This document shows positions 8,475-15,249 of a stretch of DNA of 15,805 nt, in pieces. Origin of the DNA: Hadesarchaea archaeon (GTDB lineage: Archaea > Hadarchaeota > Hadarchaeia > Hadarchaeales > Hadarchaeaceae); NCBI GenBank assembly GCA_030619825.1, contig JAUXAS010000012.1, forward strand, positions 1-15,805, written 5' to 3'. The notes below the pieces were generated by a model. That model was not told where the DNA came from, ran no database searches, and was given only the letters and a program-made list of their open reading frames with translations. The position numbers and the translations under genes are program-made. Position 1 is the first letter of the stretch; each line of letters starts with the position of its first letter.

Positions 8475-9604
8475 TTGAAGTATTAGTAGTCATTTTTGGG
8501 ATGATAGGCTTTTTTTTTGCCTTGGTGATTCTCCACGCGAGGCGCTCGGTGGCATACATCTACTGCAGCGCAACGATTAGTGCTTGGGAAGCGAGGCTGC
8601 TTCCGGAGGCGCGTCTGATGGAGATAGCCGATGCTCCAGGGGTCGTGAACATTTTCGCAGCTCTCGACGACACGGACTACCGTCAGCAGCTAGCGGGAAT
8701 ACAGAGGGAGGGAGAGGTAAACATGGTCGAAGTGGAGAACGCCTTCAGGGACAATTCTAACGCGCGCTACCTTGAGCTCCTCAAGATGGTACCAAAGGAA
8801 CGAAAAGAAACGATCAGGAGGGTCCTTCAGCGAGCAGAGCTTTGGGATCTCAAGGCGATTGTTACAGCAATTCATAACAAAACACCAAAGGAGGAGAGGC
8901 TCAAAGAGTTCATGCTTTCGCCAACGATACCGCGCGAGAGGCTCGAGATGCTCGCCTCCTCCGAAAACTTTGAGCAACTACTCGAATTTCTGAAAGAGAG
9001 TGAGTATTTCAGCGTGCTCTCAGAGGCGCTGAAGGAGTACGAGGAGCGTGGGCTCATCGCCCTGCTCTCCGCACTCGACAGGTATTACTACACCAGCTTG
9101 TGGAGAGACGTGTTACGGGTAAAGGCGCAGCGTTCGGTTCTCATGTCGCTGGTAGGTTGCGAGATAGATATCGTGAACCTCAAGCTTATCCTGCGGCTGA
9201 AGCGGGAGGGGGCAAAGCCGGAAGAAATCGACAGGTGCATCATCCGGCCTTCTCACATGCTGACGGAGGGGATGCTGCGGGCCATGGTAATCGCCGAAGA
9301 CATCCGATCGGCCGTGGACGTAGTTTCCCGTACCCCATATGGCAAAATTTTACTGGACGCCCTCCCGCAGATCGAGGCTCAAGGGCTTTTCGCGACAGAG
9401 CGGGCCCTAGATGAACTGCAGCTGAAGGTATTCAGATGGCTGGCGCTCACCCGGCTCTTCAGCATAGCGCTCGTGCTCTCGTATTTTTACTTGAAGGAAA
9501 ACGAGATGAGAAATCTGCGGGCGATCATCAGGCTCAAAACGGATAAGGTCGAGCCTCAAAAGATAAAAGAAACGATAGTGAAGGTGCCAAAAATTGAGCT
9601 ATAA
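8471..9604 (+). CDS. atpC: A1Ao ATP synthase subunit C (d-like) with an N-terminal hydrophobic segment
   Basis: 377 aa; motifs EARLL, ALDRYYY, EIDIVNLKLILRLK, RTPYG, YFYLKENEMRNLRAIIR. ATGA overlap with atpE. Confidence 0.93.
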   Translation: MIEVLVVIFGMIGFFFALVILHARRSVAYIYCSATISAWEARLLPEARLMEIADAPGVVNIFAALDDTDYRQQLAGIQREGEVNMVEVENAFRDNSNARYLELLKMVPKERKETIRRVLQRAELWDLKAIVTAIHNKTPKEERLKEFMLSPTIPRERLEMLASSENFEQLLEFLKESEYFSVLSEALKEYEERGLIALLSALDRYYYTSLWRDVLRVKAQRSVLMSLVGCEIDIVNLKLILRLKREGAKPEEIDRCIIRPSHMLTEGMLRAMVIAEDIRSAVDVVSRTPYGKILLDALPQIEAQGLFATERALDELQLKVFRWLALTRLFSIALVLSYFYLKENEMRNLRAIIRLKTDKVEPQKIKETIVKVPKIEL

Positions 9605-9932
9605 AATCGCCGTCGTAGGGGATCAAGAGACCGTGACAGGTTTCGCTTTAGCCGGCGCGACCTACGTACACATCCACGCGACGAGGGAGGAAACGCTCGC
9701 TAAGCTGAGCGAATTCTTCGCTAGCGGAGAAATTGGACTCGTGCTAATAACTCATCGAATTGCGGAGGAGCTCGGGCTCGATTTCCGCTGGATGTCGCGG
9801 GCGAAGCGATTGCTCCCACTCGTGCTGAGAATTCCAGACAAGACAGGATATGTGCCAAAGGTCGATGAGCTGCGCGAGATAATCCGACGCACGGTTGGGG
9901 CCGGGATCATGGTCAGGAAGGAGGGTAGCTAA
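9594..9932 (+). CDS. atpF: A1Ao ATP synthase subunit F
   Basis: 112 aa; motifs KIAVVGDQETVTGFALAG, IGLVLIT, PLVLRIPDKTG, IIRRTVG. TTG start inside the atpC 3' end, after GAAGGTG. Confidence 0.95.
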   Translation: MSYKIAVVGDQETVTGFALAGATYVHIHATREETLAKLSEFFASGEIGLVLITHRIAEELGLDFRWMSRAKRLLPLVLRIPDKTGYVPKVDELREIIRRTVGAGIMVRKEGS

Positions 9933-10570
9933 TGACGATAGCCTTGGCAGTATCCCCGACCCGGATGGAGCTCCTGAAGCTGAGGCAAAGGGTAGGCCTC
10001 GCGCAGAAGGGCCACGACTTGCTCAAGGAAAAGATGGACGCTCTCGTCATCGAGTTCTTCGAGGTATTGAGGCGAATCCAAGAAGCTAGGACGAAGGCAC
10101 TCGAGCAGCTCTCGGTAGCCCACCGCGCGCTGTCGATGTGCTTTGCTGTCGTGGGGACGCTCGAGACCAGGCAAGTGTCTAGGGAGGCCAGGCGCGAGCT
10201 CCAGATGGAGATTTCAACCCACCACATCATGGGCATCGCAGTGCCAGCGGTCGAAGTCGGGGAGGTCGAGCGAAATGTATTGGCCAGAGGTTACAGCATA
10301 CACACCACATCTTCGGTGCTTGATGGGGCGTCGAGGGAATTTGAGCGGGCACTCAAGCTCCTCATCGAATTATCCGAACTCAATGCGTCAGCATTTGCCC
10401 TCGCGAGGGAGCTCGAAAAGACCAAGCGAAGGGTGAATGCACTCGAGTATATCCTAATCCCGAGGCTAAGGGAAGCCCTCAAGTTCATTATGATGCGGCT
10501 TGACGAAATGGAGCGGGAAAACTTCATCCGTCTCAAGCGGATAAAAGCTATGCTGGAGAAACGTGAGTGA
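9932..10570 (+). CDS. atpD: A1Ao ATP synthase subunit D (central stalk)
   Basis: Motifs SPTRMELLKL...AQKGHDLLKEKMDAL, ELEKTKRRVNALEYILIP, LDEMERENFIRLKRIK. TAATG stop/start overlap with atpF; SD GGAGGGT at 9920-9926. Confidence 0.97.
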   Translation: MTIALAVSPTRMELLKLRQRVGLAQKGHDLLKEKMDALVIEFFEVLRRIQEARTKALEQLSVAHRALSMCFAVVGTLETRQVSREARRELQMEISTHHIMGIAVPAVEVGEVERNVLARGYSIHTTSSVLDGASREFERALKLLIELSELNASAFALARELEKTKRRVNALEYILIPRLREALKFIMMRLDEMERENFIRLKRIKAMLEKRE

Positions 10571-10962
10571 GCGCGAATCGTCTGATAAAAATCGAGCTGA
10601 GCAAGCTCAACGTGCACCTGCCTGAGAGGCGCCTGTCGCTGAGGGAGGCCCTTTCGTCCGCGAAGCCCCAAGTCGTGGCACGTGATGGCAGCGTTCACAC
10701 GTTCAAGCGTGAGGAGCTCGAGTTCTTGGCGGGACTTCTCCCCGAGGCGGATCGGGATAAACTCCAGCTGCCAATTCTAATCGCGCTGGAGCCGAAACTC
10801 GGTAGGGGGACAGCTAGGATAAGTGGAGAGGCCGAGGCAAAGGTTGTTAGCCAGGTTCTCGAGAAGGAGCTCACTGCTGGGGAGTTGCTGATTTACCGCC
10901 CTGAGGTGGCGATTCTGCGGAGAAAACTCCCGACGACCACTCAGTACCTTTTTCTTTGGTGA
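10567..10962 (+). CDS. DUF61 (UPF0216) family protein
   Basis: 131 aa; LNVHLPERRLSLREAL...RDGSVHTF...EL..L...LQLPILI...LRRKLPTTTQYLF is the DUF61 pattern, a family often found after atpD in euryarchaea. GTGA overlap with atpD. Confidence 0.85.
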   Translation: MSANRLIKIELSKLNVHLPERRLSLREALSSAKPQVVARDGSVHTFKREELEFLAGLLPEADRDKLQLPILIALEPKLGRGTARISGEAEAKVVSQVLEKELTAGELLIYRPEVAILRRKLPTTTQYLFLW

Positions 10963-10966
10963 TCGC

Positions 10967-11266
10967 ATGGAAGCACGCAAGGGCGCTATCTTGATGGCTT
11001 TATTTTACCCGTTCACGATCGTGACGATTGCAGCTGGCTTCTTGGCATTCGTGATGATCGTGCTCAAGGTTGACATCTTCACGGTTTCGACTGTGGTTTT
11101 GTGGTTTTACTTCGCGTGTGCGGCGTCTATTTATTTCATCTCAGAGCGAGCGCTCAAGGCGTTTGGAGTTCGCTGGCTTTTCTTGGGTTTTATAATCACC
11201 ATCGGAATTCTCGCGATTTTGTCCGTAATCTTACTTGTTTTGAGGCAGTTTGGAACCTCAGTTTAG
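10967..11266 (+). CDS. Small hypothetical membrane protein (99 aa, about 3 TM helices)
   Basis: ATG 4 nt after a GGTGA SD that overlaps the DUF61 stop. Three hydrophobic stretches (about aa 7-33, 37-58, 70-92). Fills the gap to secD exactly. Confidence 0.8.
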   Translation: MEARKGAILMALFYPFTIVTIAAGFLAFVMIVLKVDIFTVSTVVLWFYFACAASIYFISERALKAFGVRWLFLGFIITIGILAILSVILLVLRQFGTSV

Positions 11267-13095
11267 CTACTTGTCGCTTTTGATTGTTTCTTCATCACGA
11301 TAGCGCTGACTATTCGAGCGTAGGCGGGCCGCGTCACGAACACGGCGATGAGTATCCCCGTTAGCGTGATTAAGGCGAAGCCGCGCATCGCGCCAAAGCC
11401 CAACCAAGCAAGCGACACCATCGCCGCGATTGTCGTCGCAACCGCAACGAAAATCACCGCGAACGCTCGCGAAACTCTCCCCCTTAAGCTTACCATCTTT
11501 GCCCCAGGCAGGCCACCCCGGAGCACTTCGTCGGTTATAATGATTTGGTGGTCGATGCCGGTACCGATGACGATGATTAGGCCACCGAGCTCGGGCAGCC
11601 CGATGGTCCACCCTAACACAGATGCCGCGCCGAGGGTGATAACGAGTTCACAGATCATGGTCCCGGTGATCGCGAAGCCGATGAGCCGATGTCGATACCG
11701 GAGATAAACGAGGGCCCAGATTCCCCCGAGGGCAACGATTCCTGCGATGAGGGTTTCCCTTAAAAATTCAGCGCCTAAACGGGCCTCTATCGAGGTTTCG
11801 CTCTCGTATGAGATCTCGACAGGCAGTCTTTCGGACAGCACTATCCGCAAATTTTTAGCCTCGTTCATTGCATCATCCAGGGAGGGCCGAGTGATTGTGA
11901 TTCTCAACTCATTCGCGATTTTTCCAGCAGCGAGGTCAGCGGCCAAGTCGGGGCTGATGGTTACCACACTTTTGACCCCACAGGCCCTCTCAACCCACTC
12001 CTCAGCACTTTCCTCCTCCAGTCGGGAGATGGGCTTAACTGTGTAAAACACGGAAAAATTTTCAATGATATTTAGTGAGAAATCTCCGACCAAGATGACC
12101 TTGAGCTTTAACCCCGCTTGTTCCTCCAAAAATTGTTGTGCTTGGGGCGAAAGCTCATCCTTTGCGGTCCCGATAGCTGAGACGTGTAGGAAGTATTCCA
12201 TCCCTTCTACCGTCGTTCCCTTGAACATTTTCTCATCGGGATTGTATTCGAGCGAAGGCGGGAGCTCGCCTAAAATTTCGTCGTCGAAGACCACTATGGC
12301 GCCGGTGGGGCGGTCAACGTAGATCACCGTGGGATAGTTGGCTTTGCCTGCGGCCGCAGCACTAAATCGTGCAGCGCCATCATCGGTCAACCTAAAAGGT
12401 AAATCGGCGGTCTGTTCTTTCTCCGTACTGGGCCCTGGTGCATACACGCTTACGATATCTTCGCCACGGAGCAGGAGTTCTCCCTCGAAGAAAATCTCAA
12501 GCCGTCCGGGTTTGCCGAGGAGGGTTTCAGCTTCTTCGGGCGATAGGCCAGCGATTTCAAAAAGAACCAAATTTTCTCCCAAAGATCTAAATAGTGCGCC
12601 AAGTAGCCCAGTGGGGTCAACCCGCGCCTTGAGGATTGAGGTTACCTCATTGACCGTTCCGATACTTACTGCTTTTTTTATTCCATTTTCCACCACGGTC
12701 CCGAGGTCTCCGATAATGGCTTGGATTAGATTTTCGGTGACAGGTCTACCGATTTCAGCTACGACTAGTCCTGTGGTTGGATCGGGGGGGCTGATGGTTC
12801 TGATGCTTACGTAAAGGTTGTCCTCAAGCTTGGGTACTATTTCATCCCACCAAATGCTTTCCACATTGCCTTGAGCGATTTCGAATGTGACATGGTAAGC
12901 TTCAAGTCCGAGTATGATCCTGGAACCACCGATGATATCAACCCCGAAGCGGAGGCCGCGCGTAAACTGGCTTGGCCATCCCAACGATTCTTCCACCTTT
13001 GAATCAACCTCTCTCCAAGGGCTCCAGACCAACATAGCGGACAGAAAAACTGCAAGGAGTAGCAGCGCGATGCGCCGTTCCTTAAATACTGACAT
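11263..13095 (-). CDS. secD: Protein translocase subunit SecD (archaeal type)
   Basis: N-terminal TM, GLRFGVDIIGGSRIIL, ILKARVDPTGL, a large extracytoplasmic domain, IEARLGAEF, five C-terminal TMs with IGTGIDHQIIITDE and MRGFALIT...VFVTRPAY. ATG 13095 follows GGAGGAAGGAG; the ORF track extends to 13125. Confidence 0.95.
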   Translation of the reverse strand: MSVFKERRIALLLLAVFLSAMLVWSPWREVDSKVEESLGWPSQFTRGLRFGVDIIGGSRIILGLEAYHVTFEIAQGNVESIWWDEIVPKLEDNLYVSIRTISPPDPTTGLVVAEIGRPVTENLIQAIIGDLGTVVENGIKKAVSIGTVNEVTSILKARVDPTGLLGALFRSLGENLVLFEIAGLSPEEAETLLGKPGRLEIFFEGELLLRGEDIVSVYAPGPSTEKEQTADLPFRLTDDGAARFSAAAAGKANYPTVIYVDRPTGAIVVFDDEILGELPPSLEYNPDEKMFKGTTVEGMEYFLHVSAIGTAKDELSPQAQQFLEEQAGLKLKVILVGDFSLNIIENFSVFYTVKPISRLEEESAEEWVERACGVKSVVTISPDLAADLAAGKIANELRITITRPSLDDAMNEAKNLRIVLSERLPVEISYESETSIEARLGAEFLRETLIAGIVALGGIWALVYLRYRHRLIGFAITGTMICELVITLGAASVLGWTIGLPELGGLIIVIGTGIDHQIIITDEVLRGGLPGAKMVSLRGRVSRAFAVIFVAVATTIAAMVSLAWLGFGAMRGFALITLTGILIAVFVTRPAYARIVSAIVMKKQSKATSS

Positions 13096-13972
13096 AGTAC
13101 TCCTTCCTCCGTTGTCGCTCAGCATAGCGGGAGATGATGGCGGCGTTCAAGAACCAAGTGTTGAAAATATCGATGATTATGCCGAAGATGAGCACTGCGG
13201 TCAGCTGGTAAAGCTGGGGTGCTGTCGTGAGCAGGTTAAGGGCGAAGAGCGGTATCAGCGTGCTGCCGCTCATCATCAGGCCCGTACGCATCGCATCTAC
13301 CACCTGCTCTTTAGGTTCACCACCCACCCGCTTGAGCACACGCGTGGTGAGCAGGATGTTGGTGTCGACGGCATAGCCGATGAGCATAAGCAGGCCCGCG
13401 ACGGACGCTAGGCTGAGCTCGACGCCGAACAGCGCCATGCACCCGAAGACCCCCAGCATGTCGAGCCCCACAGCAAGCAGGATCGCTCCTATAGTGATGC
13501 GGCGTCGGAATGCAATGAAGATAATAATGCCCATCGCGACGAAGGCGCCGATCATGGCGTTTCGAGCCTGCTCGGAGTAGATGCTGGTTATGGTCGGGCC
13601 CATCGTTTCTATAGTGACAGCATCCTCCGAAATGCCGAATTGTTCGGATAACATTTCTTTCACGAGAAGTTTTCCTGCATCGTCCAACGCGTTGTCGGTC
13701 CTTATATCCAAACCATTTTCAATGAGGTCCGCGTCGGCGCCGCCGCCGAGAAAATTCCCCACGGCGAGTTCAATCGTGCTCGCGGGAAGGTTTTCCCCCC
13801 GCACCCTCATCAGCGATCCCCCCTTGAAATCCCTGCTCATGGGGAAGGCGCCGAACGCAATTGCCGCGATAGCGATGGCACCCAGAAATATCATCAAAGC
13901 TAACGGGATCGCAATCAGCTGGCGGTTGCTTAAGCGCTGCTGCGGCCAAGTGAATTTCATCGATGGACCCAT
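13082..13972 (-). CDS. secF: Protein translocase subunit SecF (archaeal type)
   Basis: Motifs QLIAIPLAL, SRDFKGGS, MGPT, SLASVAGLLMLIGYAVDTNILLTTRVLKR, AMRTGLMM, DIFNTWFLNA. Overlaps the secD start by 14 nt (archaeal secF-secD order). ATG 13960 is an alternative start. Confidence 0.95.
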   Translation of the reverse strand: MGPSMKFTWPQQRLSNRQLIAIPLALMIFLGAIAIAAIAFGAFPMSRDFKGGSLMRVRGENLPASTIELAVGNFLGGGADADLIENGLDIRTDNALDDAGKLLVKEMLSEQFGISEDAVTIETMGPTITSIYSEQARNAMIGAFVAMGIIIFIAFRRRITIGAILLAVGLDMLGVFGCMALFGVELSLASVAGLLMLIGYAVDTNILLTTRVLKRVGGEPKEQVVDAMRTGLMMSGSTLIPLFALNLLTTAPQLYQLTAVLIFGIIIDIFNTWFLNAAIISRYAERQRRKEYYVSI

Positions 13973-14016
13973 TGTTATTTTTAGGCGAGGGGTAAATAAT
14001 TGATGAGGTTTGCTAA
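13973..14016. promoter_or_regulatory. Very compact divergent promoter region for secFD and trmI
   Basis: Only 44 bp between head-to-head ATGs; central AT-rich TAAATAAT at 13993-14000 and TTATTTTTA at 13975-13983. Confidence 0.5.
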
Positions 14017-14772
14017 ATGATCGAAGAAGGCGAGCGGATAGTCCTCATCGATGAGCGTGGCAGGAAATATCTCGTTAAAGCCGAGCGGAGGCAGCTCCAC
14101 ACTGACTTGGGAGTTGTTGAGCTTGGTGAGGCGATCGGCCAAGAGCCTGGGAAGAGGTTGAAATCACACGTTGGAAGGGAGTTCGTTCTGCTGAAGCCGC
14201 GCATCATCGATTACCTCCGGAAGCTCCGCCGTGTCCCCCAGATAATGCTGCCCAAAGATGCCGCGCAGATCGTGGCGTATACCGGCGTGGGCCCGGGCGA
14301 TCTGGTCGTCGATGCGGGCGTGGGATCGGGTTCGCTCGCGATCTTTCTGGGCAACATCGTTCGGCCCAACGGGCGCGTGGTGAGCTACGAGGTGCGGGAG
14401 GATTTTGAGCGCGTGGCGGAGGAGAACATCAGCATGGCAGGACTTGGCGGTATCGTGACGGTGAAGCTAAAAGACATATACGAGGGCATTGACGAGAGCG
14501 ATGTCGATTTAGTGACACTTGACCTTCCCCAGCCAGAGCGGGTGCTGCCTCACGCAGAGCGGGCCCTAAAACCGGGCGGTCACCTCGCGACGTTCGCCCC
14601 CTGCATCGAACATTTGCAGCGCCTCTACCGCGAGTTCCCAAAATTCAGCTTCGCCAACATCAAGACGATTGAGTGTTTGGTACGCGAGCTGGAGGTGAAG
14701 CCAACTTGCACTCGGCCTAGCACGCGCATGATTGCTCACACGGGTTATCTGACGTTTGCGCGACAGGTATAA
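14017..14772 (+). CDS. trmI: tRNA (adenine57/58-N1)-methyltransferase, TrmI/Gcd14 family
   Basis: Motifs PQIMLPKDAAQI, SAM-binding VVDAGVGSGSL, SYEVREDF, LDLPQP, ALKPGG, RPSTRMIAHTGYLTFAR. Confidence 0.96.
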   Translation: MIEEGERIVLIDERGRKYLVKAERRQLHTDLGVVELGEAIGQEPGKRLKSHVGREFVLLKPRIIDYLRKLRRVPQIMLPKDAAQIVAYTGVGPGDLVVDAGVGSGSLAIFLGNIVRPNGRVVSYEVREDFERVAEENISMAGLGGIVTVKLKDIYEGIDESDVDLVTLDLPQPERVLPHAERALKPGGHLATFAPCIEHLQRLYREFPKFSFANIKTIECLVRELEVKPTCTRPSTRMIAHTGYLTFARQV

Positions 14773-14837
14773 CTTTTAAACTTTGGATATTACTTTCGGT
14801 AACTTCTCTTCAAACACCGTAAGCTGAGAACCTCATG

Positions 14838-14850
14838 TATAAAAAATAAG
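14838..14850 (-). terminator. Putative oligo-T terminator of the thiolase-DUF35 transcript
   Basis: Minus strand reads CTTATTTTTTATA a few nt after the DUF35 stop (T6 at 14846-14841). The + strand has CTTTTAAACTTT right after trmI. Confidence 0.45.
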
Positions 14851-14855
14851 TCCAA

Positions 14856-15248
14856 TCAGACCCGGCGAGCTTTGAAACCGTAGTATATAACTCCGTCTTG
14901 ACCGTCCTCACCCATCCGCCTGAAGACTATCTCGACCTCATCGCCTATCTTAATTTCATCCGTGTTGCAGTCGGTAACTTGGGCAGTCAGGCGAGGGCCG
15001 TCCTCAAGCTCGACGATCGCAAGCACATAGGGTGCCTGGTCCTCGAAGCCATTTGCGGCGGCATGCACAACCGTGTAGGTGAGGACCTTGCCCCGGCGCT
15101 TGAGTCGGTAAGGCTCCAGCTTGCCCATCCGCCGGCAGAAAGGGCAGATGTAGCGCGGTGGAAAGAGGACTTTATTACAGTTGCCGCAACGCGCACCCAC
15201 GAGGTTGTAGCGGTTGGGTATCTCTCGCCAGAAACGTGGGACGGCCAT
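14856..15248 (-). CDS. DUF35 family Zn-ribbon/OB-fold protein (thiolase/HMG-CoA synthase scaffold type)
   Basis: MAVPRFWREIPNRYNLVG, CGNC...FPPRYICPFC zinc ribbon, OB fold (PYVLAIVELEDGPRLTAQ, IGDEVEIVFRR, YGFKA). ATG 15248 lies 5 nt after the SD GGGGTGA; directly downstream of a thiolase. Confidence 0.93.
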   Translation of the reverse strand: MAVPRFWREIPNRYNLVGARCGNCNKVLFPPRYICPFCRRMGKLEPYRLKRRGKVLTYTVVHAAANGFEDQAPYVLAIVELEDGPRLTAQVTDCNTDEIKIGDEVEIVFRRMGEDGQDGVIYYGFKARRV

Positions 15249-15249
15249 C

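Noticed and set aside
1725..10570. Idea that the ATP synthase is degenerate or a pseudogene cluster because it is rearranged
   Set aside because: All nine subunits are full length with intact catalytic, essential-Arg and ion-binding motifs, and no frameshifts are visible.
14790..14802. Mini hairpin TTAC-TTTCG-GTAA between trmI and DUF35
   Set aside because: Only a 4-bp AT-rich stem; too weak to support an ncRNA or terminator hairpin.
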